Below are positions 42,029 through 51,500 of a DNA stretch of 64,000 bases, piece after piece (the stretch's first letter is position 1; each line of letters begins with the position of its first letter). The position numbers and the translations under genes are program-made. The notes below the pieces were generated by a model that was not told the origin of the DNA, did no database searches, and saw nothing but the letters and a program-made list of their open reading frames with translations. The stretch is taken from positions 78,295 through 142,294 of the IMG/VR virus record IMGVR_UViG_3300020198_000887; one strand, 5' to 3'. Origin of the DNA: a virus.

Positions 42029-42034
42029 AATCAC

Positions 42035-42560
42035 ATTAATACATAATTATCTAAACAAAACTAATTTTTAGGCAAAGATAGGCATTACACTTCTGAAATA
42101 CTCGCACCGGTAGATTGATAGGTGCCGTTGGCAATGGAATGTTCTTCGCATTGGGCGCAACAGCTGGGCAGAAGCAGCGACTTTACTGACTACCCACACC
42201 GCGTGTTGTGGATGCTGATTGGATACGCCTTCTGTAAAACCAATTTCGGTAATTTGAATATCATGAAAAGGCTAAAAGACTGGGTAATTCCCAGACGTAA
42301 TAGGAATACGACTAGAGTGTTTTCCTATTGCCACCGTTGGAACGTAAGAAACAAAAAGCGCACTTCGAGGTAACGGCCAACCGCCTCTGTAATCAGTGTC
42401 ACTCTAGGTAATGAAGTCAACTCAGATGAAATTATGTTTTTGCTCCCAATTTGGGGGCAAAAATCCAGTAAATCGTAATCTAGATGAACAGTTAAGATAA
42501 TAATTATTTTTAATATGTGACGAACGACAGTGAGGAACAGGGGAATTTATTCCCCTTTGT
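42035..42560 (+). ncRNA. Candidate large structured non-coding RNA, family not recognised
   Basis: Own promoter, GC-richer than its flanks, no credible ORF, more than 10 helices, 3 possible pseudoknots, terminal hairpin. Confidence 0.6.
42539..42560 (+). terminator. Hairpin closing the non-coding region
   Basis: AGGGGAA-TTTA-TTCCCCT followed by TTGT (short U-tract). Confidence 0.5.
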
Positions 42561-42599
42561 CAAGATCAACATACATGAAAGGAATAGTATAAAAATAGT

Positions 42600-42607
42600 T
42601 ATAAATA
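42600..42607 (+). promoter_or_regulatory. Late promoter TATAAATA
   Basis: Exact consensus 21 nt upstream of ATG 42629. Confidence 0.65.
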
Positions 42608-42628
42608 TTAGATACGGAAAATGATATT

Positions 42629-43396
42629 ATGAAAATTCATGAAATAATTTATAAAACTACATTAACTGAAGCACTAGGTAACCTAGCCAAAACTGCTACT
42701 GCAGCAGCAGCTAAAAAAGCAGCAGCAGTAGCAGCTGAAAAAGCAGCCAAACCTACTGCAGCAGCAGCTGTGTTATTTAGTATGTTAAAAGCAATTGGTA
42801 TATCTGCAGTTCCTATCTCTGATTATTATAATGAGATGGAAAAGGCGGAAAAAGCATTAGAAGCAAATGAGATTACTAAATCGCAATATGATAGCTATAG
42901 AATGGAACAACTGACCATTTTAATCGAACAATTGGCAATAGGATTAAGTGGTTATTTTGTTAAAAATATTACTTATGGTAAATTACTGCCGGTTTTCAAA
43001 AACTGGATGCCAAACCTAGCTAGATCAATGCAAACCATAAACACAATTGGTGAAGTTGCATTTGTATCTTGGTTGGCATCTGATAGAGGTAGAAAATTCA
43101 TTGCTACCTACTTAACAAATGAATATATTGTGCAATTGGTTGGTGGCGGATCTGCAAGACTATTGGATTATTTCGAAAGTTTGATTCCTGGGTTTAACAC
43201 TGAACATGCATTAAGCCCATACAACAAACCTACTAAAACCACACAACAAAATACCCTATCATATGTTCCAGCAGCTGCTGCTGCGTTGGGAACAAAAACT
43301 CCAACCGACCAATCTACTGGAAGTGATGAGTATATTGATCAAAATATGAAACGAGACCCTAAAGATTATTGGAATGTAAAACCAACATTACAATAA
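42629..43396 (+). CDS. Hypothetical late protein, possible internal head/ejection protein
   Basis: Late promoter; N-terminus MKIHEIIYKTTLTE-A; Ala/Lys-rich segment and hydrophobic helices. Confidence 0.6.
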   Translation: MKIHEIIYKTTLTEALGNLAKTATAAAAKKAAAVAAEKAAKPTAAAAVLFSMLKAIGISAVPISDYYNEMEKAEKALEANEITKSQYDSYRMEQLTILIEQLAIGLSGYFVKNITYGKLLPVFKNWMPNLARSMQTINTIGEVAFVSWLASDRGRKFIATYLTNEYIVQLVGGGSARLLDYFESLIPGFNTEHALSPYNKPTKTTQQNTLSYVPAAAAALGTKTPTDQSTGSDEYIDQNMKRDPKDYWNVKPTLQ

Positions 43397-43603
43397 TGGA
43401 AGTTGTGTGTTTTTTGTTACTTCGATATTATCATTGATAATTTTGTTAAGTATTTCTCTATCTTCGAATGTGTATCTATCATGTAAATCATTGATAGATA
43501 CACCACCTCTCATATACCAACTAATTCTGAACATATCTTCTTTCAATTTTAAAGCTTGATTATCCAGCCTAATTAAATATTCTGCTAGTTGTTCCGCTGT
43601 CAA
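43388..43603 (-). CDS. gp51-like baseplate/tail assembly chaperone; probably translated as a -1 frameshift extension of the upstream ORF
   Basis: SWYMRGGVS..D......DREI..KII.DN; TTG start without a properly spaced SD; frame is open back to the slippery site at 43621-43627. Confidence 0.6.
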   Translation of the reverse strand: MTAEQLAEYLIRLDNQALKLKEDMFRISWYMRGGVSINDLHDRYTFEDREILNKIINDNIEVTKNTQLPLL

Positions 43604-43608
43604 TCCAA

Positions 43609-44433
43609 TTAGGCTTTTGCGAAAAAACTTGATTGATCTAGATCTATCATAATTTCACCTTCGGCATCGCATTCCCCACATTTTACTTTATATGGTGGAA
43701 TTTGTAATGCTTCCCGATTTTTATTGAATTTTTCTTTAATAATATCAAACACTTCTTTATCGCAATTGTTGATCCATTCTAGAATGAATGAACGATCTGT
43801 TACAACAACATCAGATGTTTGGACTGATTCAATACTTGCGTAAATCAATTCATTCTGAAGAATCCCTAACTGTTTGAATAATGATGCAATAAGTTTCTGC
43901 TGTTCATCTTTGTTATCATTATTATAGTGTGACAATTGTTGCTGTAATTCAAAATTTCTTAATGAAAACTCTGTACTTTGACGATATGTTAATGGTTGTA
44001 ATTTTATAGTTAAATCATTTATGACTATTTTGTTGTCATAAATGAATGATGAAAAATGGTCTATCAAGGTTGACAATTCTATATCATAATCATTTTCTTC
44101 ACCACAACTACGGCATTTTTGTGTAACTGTGAGTTTATTACCAAACGTAGCAATTCTGATTGCTGATAAAATTAAATCAGTATCTAGACTTGTTATTTCC
44201 CATGCATCTTTGATATTTGGACAACAACTTTCTATAACTTTTACAATACTTTCGCCGGACAATAATGCATCTGGTGTTTTCATTAACAATTCATCCATTC
44301 CTGTCATGCCAAATACTGGCATATTAGACACATCTCCAGTCAACGACCCAATCTTATTATAAACACCATTTGATGGCAGTTTAACAAAGATTTTTGGCTG
44401 TCTAAAATATTTTTGTAATGGATTTTGGCTCAT
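43609..44433 (-). CDS. gp26: Baseplate hub assembly chaperone, gp26-like
   Basis: NPL.KYFRQP...V.LPS.G, MTG.DEL..KTPDALL.G, D.D.IL.AIRIATFG, two CxxC pairs, C-terminal SFF; SD AGGAG. Confidence 0.75.
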   Translation of the reverse strand: MSQNPLQKYFRQPKIFVKLPSNGVYNKIGSLTGDVSNMPVFGMTGMDELLMKTPDALLSGESIVKVIESCCPNIKDAWEITSLDTDLILSAIRIATFGNKLTVTQKCRSCGEENDYDIELSTLIDHFSSFIYDNKIVINDLTIKLQPLTYRQSTEFSLRNFELQQQLSHYNNDNKDEQQKLIASLFKQLGILQNELIYASIESVQTSDVVVTDRSFILEWINNCDKEVFDIIKEKFNKNREALQIPPYKVKCGECDAEGEIMIDLDQSSFFAKA

Positions 44434-44444
44434 ATATAACTCCT

Positions 44445-44466
44445 GATAAATATAACAGTATTTATA
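44445..44466. promoter_or_regulatory. Face-to-face late promoters: GATAAATA (+, 44445-44452) and TATAAATA (-, 44459-44466)
   Basis: Both boxes lie in the 59-bp gap between the divergent gp26-like and tape-measure-like genes. Confidence 0.55.
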
Positions 44467-44492
44467 TACTAAAATTTCCTCGGGATTTATTT

Positions 44493-47400
44493 ATGGCAGA
44501 CCTTGACGACAGAGACAAAGAAGCATTATTACGCAGAGTTAACGAATTAGTAACGGCCAATCGAACCAACAGTAAACCAGCGGCCAATACTGGTGGACTT
44601 GGTGAATTAGAATCGGGTAACATGATTAAAACAGTTTTTGGTGTAGCCCAAGACGGGTTAGGTAAGTTGGCAGATGGCTCGATGGGCGCTGCTGACGCAT
44701 TGCATCTCACAACAGGTCTTATATCGCAATTTGGAACAGTTGCTGGGTTAGCTGGTAGTGCATTAGATAAACTTGGAACCGGAACTATAGCAGTAAATCA
44801 AGCATTGAATGAAACTGGGAAGTATGGGGTAAACCTTGGGAATGATTTAGGTCTATTCAATTCATCGGTAAAACAAGCTGGACTAACTATGCCAGAATTT
44901 ACCAGATTAGTTGAACGCAACGCTACACATCTCGCTGGGTTGGGTAGCAACATGAATAAATCAGCCCTGGCATTTCTCGAAATAGCCGAAGGCGTTAGAA
45001 CATCAGATGTAGGCAAACAATTACAAGAAGCAGGGATGAGCGCTGAGGAACTAGCAAGCGCAACTAGATCTAGTATGATTAGTCAACGTGCAATTGCACG
45101 TGATGATGCAGCATCCAAAAGAGAAAGCATAGAATCTGCACTCAGATTCGCACAAGAACTAAACAAAACTGCGGATATATCAGGAAAAAGTAGAAAAGAA
45201 GCCGAAGAATTAGTAACACAACAACAAAAACGTTCCGAAGTGGAATCTGCTATGTTCTTAGGTGGAAAGGACTATGCCGCCGCCACAACACTCGCACAAA
45301 CATCAATGTCAAAATGGGGTAAATCCCTAATGGAAGCATATGGTGATGTTGTTACTGGTGGTCCAAAAGATGCTAGAGGCAGTAATTTACAAACCGCACT
45401 GGGCAGTGAGGTTGTTGCAGCAATGCGACGACTTGATGCAGCCAATAAAACCAATAACAAAGAAGCGCAGGAAGCAGCTAGAAAACAACTCGATGCTGCA
45501 ATGATTGCTCGAACAAATTCTGTAGAATTTCATGAAACAAACCGCCAACTTGCTGGGAAATATGGCGAATATAGTCAAATGTTATCATCTTTGCAATCAG
45601 ATACCAACAGAACAGCAGCTGCCTATCAAGCAGGAATGGCTGAACTTGCGCAAGAAAAACCCGGTACAGAAATAACTCCAGAAATGGCTGTTGACACCGC
45701 TGCGTTTAAACAACAAATGGACCAAGCTGGTAAAAAAGTTAACGAGTCTGGTGAAATAGTCGACAACTCACCCGCAAAACTGGGCAGAACCATTAACGAC
45801 ATTGACATGGCATTAAAAAATGGGACAGCTATGCTAGTCGGGAGTTTCCAGGATCTTAATAATAAAATTGGGAATACTGACGGAATAAATTCTTTTCAAT
45901 CAAAAATGCGTGATTTATCATCACCTGAAGGTGTAATAACCGAATTTAATAAAAAATTATCAGACGCTTCAAAAGTAGTAGGTGTAGCAGTCGATGAATT
46001 TAGAAAGAAGTATGATATTCCGGAATATAACCCTACACCACCCCCACCAACTACGAAAGAAAGCAAAGGAGAGCGAGCATCTGGGACGTTAGGTGAGACT
46101 GGGCATCCAGTTGAACTTAAAGATTCGATATTGAAAATTCACAAAGGTGAAACAGTTGTTACACCAGAACAGATGAAAAATCTCATGAGTAATATTTCAA
46201 ATTCTGGTGCACAGCACGCAATGCGTGAATCACACGAACTATTGAAAACAATTACTTCTAATATCACACCAGGTGGTGGAAGCAATATTACTAAGATGTC
46301 AGATGAGGCACTTGCTGCGAATTCACGTATAGTCGCATCGGAAAATGAATTGCAACAAAAAATGGCGCAAACGGTCGCTGCATTAGGAAAAGAACATCCT
46401 GAAAAATCATTGATGGAATTGGTTAAAATGAAAAATGCCGATCCAGAAATAAATCAGACAAAGGAGGATTTCAACAAACTTAACGCGGAAATTCAGGCAA
46501 GGGTTTCTTCATTATCAAAGACCATACGTGATACTGGCATAAATGAAATAACAGCCACTATTTCAGAAATGGTTAAATCTAACAATAACGTGTCCAACAT
46601 GGCACATGAACAGTACCATGTGGAACGGTTGGGCGTTCAGAAAGCTTTCAATGATAAAGAACGAGAACAATTAAAAACACACATTCAACAAGTATTATCA
46701 TCACTGAAAGAGATTGTACCATCGGATTTCGGCACTAACAACGCCCTGGATGAACTTTCAAAACTGTCATCCACTTTACAAAATACTACGAATATTGGTA
46801 ATTTTACGACCGAAATATCAAAATTAACCGGGATAAATCCGGCTGAGATTAACGCCGACGATTTTAAAAATGAAATCACACAATTAAAAAATAATATTGG
46901 TGATGGTGGCAAAGATGTTAATAATGTTATTTCTGAACATTTCAAATTTTACAAAAATAGTAATATCAATTTTCACAAAGATTTAGACGCCGACAATGCC
47001 GACTGGGACCGGCAACGACTAGCAGATACACGACAATGGAAATTGGAAGAAGGTAAATCAGCCGAGCAGTTAAATGCTGAGATTTTAGCAAATAAAAAGC
47101 AAGAAAATGCGAAACTATTTGAAGAAGCAGAACGCGCAAGAACTGTAATCGGAACATCCGTTGCCGGGATTGGTGAAGATGCAATCGCAGCAATGCTGCC
47201 AGCAGGTGACACTCTCGAACGATATTACGTTGACTTAGATGGAAAACTTCAAAATTACGCAGCAGACAATGCTAAAAAAATTGAAGAATCATCTAATGCA
47301 TATAGCGAAATAAAATTACCGGACGTTACTGCGTTTTCAGAAACAACCAAATTATTGAATGATACATCCAACATAATTTCATCTAACGCCGCTGATTCAC

Positions 47401-48533
47401 TATCGAATGCCAAAGAAGAAGAAGAATCATCTCTTATGTTGTTAAGGGATGTTGGCGAATCCAAGGACTGGGTATTCTACAAGGTGATTGATACAGTTTC
47501 TGGGCTCGTCAAAGAAATAACTACCGATGAGAAATCAGCACGTGACTACATCAAAAAAAATACACATCAAAATGAGGAAGTTAGGATGTCAACCCTGTTA
47601 TCTTCACTTGCCCCACCAGGTGGTTTCAGTCATCATAGAGCGGTATCCAATGAAGTTGGTGATCTTTATGACCCCTCTAAGATTAGAGAAAAAACCCAAT
47701 CTACCAACAGCCAACCCGCTGAAACTAAACAAAAAGAAACTAGTATTTTTGAAGACATCGGGAACTTTTTTAGTTCACAAAATAAACCTGCTGAAACTAA
47801 ACAAAAAGAAACTAATATTTTTGAAGACATCGGGGACTTTTTTAGTTCACAAAATAAACCTGCATATAGTTCAGGTAATGTTAAATATGGGGTAGTCCCA
47901 CCCGAGGTGTCCGCTGAATTTAACCGAAATAAAGATAAATTAGCAGAAGAAATTAGCACTGAACAAGAGATACAGGCATATCGTAAAAAAGTTCATGAAA
48001 GTGGGATGTATAGTGAAGAAAGCAAAAAATCACTTCCAAAACCAGATTATACAAAATTAAATGAACTTCTCGCTAAGAAACATGGTGGGTCGATTTCAGA
48101 AGACAGTAAACTAGTAATCCCACAAACAGCAATTAATAAACCAACAAAAGTTGGATCAGTACCTGATGCAGGAAAAATTGCAACCGAGCAGCTTAATAAA
48201 AATCTTGGGACATCAACATCTGAATGGTTGAGAAATTTAAAAACTAATTTTGGTAAGAAACACGTAACAGCTACTGAAAAACCACCATTATCCTCTAACA
48301 TTGACAAAGTAAAACAAGCACCATCCAAACCGGACCTACATAAACCTGATGATAAAAAAGATGATATATCAATAAAACCAGTTGCTCATGAAATATCATT
48401 AAAAGACATCAATGACCAACTAATAATGTTAAATATCAGTATAAAACATCTGATATCGCATTCTGAATCCATTAGCGATGCAGCGAGCAAAACAGCAAAA
48501 CAGACCAGAACTATCAGTGGTTCTAGGGTTTAA
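44493..48533 (+). CDS. Tape-measure-like protein (long helical, Ala/Gln/Glu-rich)
   Basis: Start revised to MADLDD (upstream frame overlaps gp26 and the promoters); predominantly helical composition; adjacent to the chaperone gene. Confidence 0.6.
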   Translation: MADLDDRDKEALLRRVNELVTANRTNSKPAANTGGLGELESGNMIKTVFGVAQDGLGKLADGSMGAADALHLTTGLISQFGTVAGLAGSALDKLGTGTIAVNQALNETGKYGVNLGNDLGLFNSSVKQAGLTMPEFTRLVERNATHLAGLGSNMNKSALAFLEIAEGVRTSDVGKQLQEAGMSAEELASATRSSMISQRAIARDDAASKRESIESALRFAQELNKTADISGKSRKEAEELVTQQQKRSEVESAMFLGGKDYAAATTLAQTSMSKWGKSLMEAYGDVVTGGPKDARGSNLQTALGSEVVAAMRRLDAANKTNNKEAQEAARKQLDAAMIARTNSVEFHETNRQLAGKYGEYSQMLSSLQSDTNRTAAAYQAGMAELAQEKPGTEITPEMAVDTAAFKQQMDQAGKKVNESGEIVDNSPAKLGRTINDIDMALKNGTAMLVGSFQDLNNKIGNTDGINSFQSKMRDLSSPEGVITEFNKKLSDASKVVGVAVDEFRKKYDIPEYNPTPPPPTTKESKGERASGTLGETGHPVELKDSILKIHKGETVVTPEQMKNLMSNISNSGAQHAMRESHELLKTITSNITPGGGSNITKMSDEALAANSRIVASENELQQKMAQTVAALGKEHPEKSLMELVKMKNADPEINQTKEDFNKLNAEIQARVSSLSKTIRDTGINEITATISEMVKSNNNVSNMAHEQYHVERLGVQKAFNDKEREQLKTHIQQVLSSLKEIVPSDFGTNNALDELSKLSSTLQNTTNIGNFTTEISKLTGINPAEINADDFKNEITQLKNNIGDGGKDVNNVISEHFKFYKNSNINFHKDLDADNADWDRQRLADTRQWKLEEGKSAEQLNAEILANKKQENAKLFEEAERARTVIGTSVAGIGEDAIAAMLPAGDTLERYYVDLDGKLQNYAADNAKKIEESSNAYSEIKLPDVTAFSETTKLLNDTSNIISSNAADSLSNAKEEEESSLMLLRDVGESKDWVFYKVIDTVSGLVKEITTDEKSARDYIKKNTHQNEEVRMSTLLSSLAPPGGFSHHRAVSNEVGDLYDPSKIREKTQSTNSQPAETKQKETSIFEDIGNFFSSQNKPAETKQKETNIFEDIGDFFSSQNKPAYSSGNVKYGVVPPEVSAEFNRNKDKLAEEISTEQEIQAYRKKVHESGMYSEESKKSLPKPDYTKLNELLAKKHGGSISEDSKLVIPQTAINKPTKVGSVPDAGKIATEQLNKNLGTSTSEWLRNLKTNFGKKHVTATEKPPLSSNIDKVKQAPSKPDLHKPDDKKDDISIKPVAHEISLKDINDQLIMLNISIKHLISHSESISDAASKTAKQTRTISGSRV
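47718..47863 (+). repeat. 72-bp in-frame tandem duplication (AETKQKET(S/N)IFEDIG(N/D)FFSSQNKP x2)
   Basis: Two copies starting at 47718 and 47790 with two substitutions. Confidence 0.95.
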
Positions 48534-48544
48534 GGAAAATTTTA

Positions 48545-51500
48545 ATGTCATGGAAAAAATATTTTACACCTGTGCCAGTAGGTAAAGAGCTAAGTCCGTT
48601 AACTAGCCTTGGTAACACATCAAAAGCAGGTCCTGCACGAACCAATTATTCAAGTTATTTACCTGATGTATACACGGGTAGTCCAAATAGGATTGAGAGA
48701 TATCAACAATACGAAGTAATGGACAGCGATCCAGAAGTTAATGCGGCCCTTGATATTTTAGCAGAATTCTGTACACAAAAATTGAAGAATGGAAAAAGCC
48801 CATTTACTGTTAAATGGCATAATAAAGCTTCTAATTCTGAAGTGCGAATTCTATCTGAATACCTACAACAATGGAATACGTTACAACATTTTGACACTAG
48901 AATTTTTAGAATTGTGCGTAATGTGTACAAGTATGGGGATGCGTTCTTTATTCGTGACCCAGAGACCCAAAAATGGTCTTGGGTTGATCCTTCTAAAATT
49001 GTAAAAATAATTATAAATGAAAGTGATGGTAAAAAACCTGAACAATATATTATCAAAGATTTAGCACCGAACTTTGAAAATTTGGTTGTCACTCAGATAA
49101 CACCCAACATAAACCCACGACAAGCTGGTGGTGGGATGATGTCAGGATCAGGATATATGGGAACACAATCTGCACAGCGTGGCACTAGTGGACCATACCC
49201 GAGTGCAAGTTCTGGTAGCAGGTTCGGGTTATCTGAAACAGAATATGCAATTGGTGCAGAACATGTTGTTCATATTAGTTTATCTGAAGGATTAGATAAT
49301 AACTATCCATTTGGTAATAGTTTGTTGGAAAATGTGTATAAGGTATATAAACAAAAGGAACTTTTAGAAGATGCTATTCTAATATATCGTATACAACGTG
49401 CTCCAGAACGTCGAGTGTTTCATATTGATGTTGGTAATATGCCTTCACATATGGCTATGGCGTTTGTTGAACGTGTAAAAAATGAAATCCACCAACGACG
49501 TATTCCTAGTCAATCGGGTGGCGGGCAAAACGTTATAGATAGTGCATATAACCCGTTATGTCTCGACCTGACTACTAGAATACCATTATTGGACGGAAGA
49601 ATATTAAGTTTATCTGAGTTGATAAGTGAATTTGAACATGGGAAAGAGAATTGGGCTTATAGTTGTGACCCATCTACTGGAAAAATCGTACCTGGTGTTA
49701 TTAATTGGGCCGGTATTACACGCCGTAACACTGCGGTAATTAAACTTACATTTGATAATGGTGAAACTTTGATTTGTACCCCAGATCATAAAATACCAGT
49801 ATTTGGTAAAGGATTTGTGGATGCCCAACACTTGACTACCGAAGATAGTTTAATAGCATTTAACACCAAACATGCTGCAATATCTGGTGGCAAAACTAAC
49901 AAGTACCAGCAAGTATGGGACCATGAATCAAAATCTTGGATATGGACACATAGAATGGTTGGTGAATTTTTCAGAGAACGAAACAAACATCAGGAATTTA
50001 CATATTTGGAAGAGCATATAACATCTGTTAAATGCACCATTCATCATAAAGATAATAATAGATTCAACAATGATCCACGAAATTTGACTTATATGAATAA
50101 AACAGACCATGTTTTATATCATTCTGCACAAAAGAAAGAATTTTGGGAAAATATGACTATAGAATATAGAGCACAGATGAGTAGCAAAATTTCTAACACA
50201 TTAAAATCCAGATGGGCCAATTTAACACCAGATGAACGGGTATCTGCTATCTGGAACATTCATTCTGCTCAAAAAAACGCAGTATGGATGAGACAAAATG
50301 ACCCAACTACGTTTAAACAATATAAAGAGAATGCTAGTTTGTCTAGAAAAAAATATATTGATAACCATCCAGAATTTAAGAAAAAATTAAATAACAACCT
50401 TGAATCTAGAATTAAAATTAAGAATCAAGAATTAGATGTAACTTTTTCTATGTTACAGCGGGTTGCTGAAAAAGTAAAAGCGGGAACTACTAATAAAAAT
50501 ACAATTGTTTCATTATGTGATAACGATCAAACATTATTAGAAATGGTTCAAACTGCAAATTTGGAAAAGTTGATACATAAAAATCCGCAATGCAAAATTG
50601 ATTTTACAAAATTTGGTAGTAGTAAATTGGATAGACTTATCACTAAATTTGGATATAAAAATTGGAAATCATTTGTAAAAGAAGTGGATAACTTTAACCA
50701 TAAAGTTGTAAAAATAGAAAAAGTAGAGAACCGGGATACTGGTACTATAACTATTGATGGTACTGAACGCTGGCATGGGTATCATACATTTGCAATTGAA
50801 TCTGGGGTTTTTGTCAAAAACTCAATAAATGAGGATTATTTCTTCCCAATGACAGCAGATGGGCGTGGAAGTAAAGTTGATGTATTACCAGGCGGAACAA
50901 ATTTAGGTGAAATTGATGATTTGAAATATTTCACGAATAAATTATTTCGTGGATTACGTATCCCAAGTTCGTACTTGCCAACTGGCGCAGATGATTCACA
51001 AGCATCATTTAATGATGGTCGCGTAGGAACGGCTTATATCCAAGAATTGCGATTTAACAAATACTGTGAACGATTACAGTGGTTGATTACTGAAATATTT
51101 GACCAAGAATTCAAATTATTCATGAATTCTAACGGGGTGAATATCGATTCCGGATTATTTGAATTAAACTTCAACCCACCAATAAATTTTGCAAGTACAC
51201 GACAAAGCGCACTGGATAGCGAGCGCATTAATACGTTTAACACAATTCAAGCTATCCCATACATGAGTAATAGATTTGCGTTAAAACGTTTCTTAGGACT
51301 CACCGATGATGAAATGGCAGACAATGAACGGTTATGGGCTGAAGAAAATGGGCATGGGCAACCATCACATACCGATTCCGCAGGTGAATTACGCAGTGCA
51401 GGATTATCTGCTGCTGGTATAGAAGGTGATTTAGGTATGTCTGGTGATTTGACCGCACCTGGTGATATTGACAACAACATAGGTGAGTTTGGGCAACCTA

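Noticed and set aside
42122-42373. 83-aa ORF in the intergenic region
   Set aside because: GTG start, composition unlike neighbouring genes, no recognisable motif; it overlaps the dense helix/pseudoknot region better explained as RNA
42035-42560. Group I/II intron, tRNA or tmRNA identity for the structured region
   Set aside because: No interrupted gene, and no recognisable P7 core, domain V, T-loop/CCA or tag reading frame by eye; a covariance search is still needed
47718-47863. CRISPR-like repeat
   Set aside because: Two abutting in-frame copies with no spacer; no cas genes
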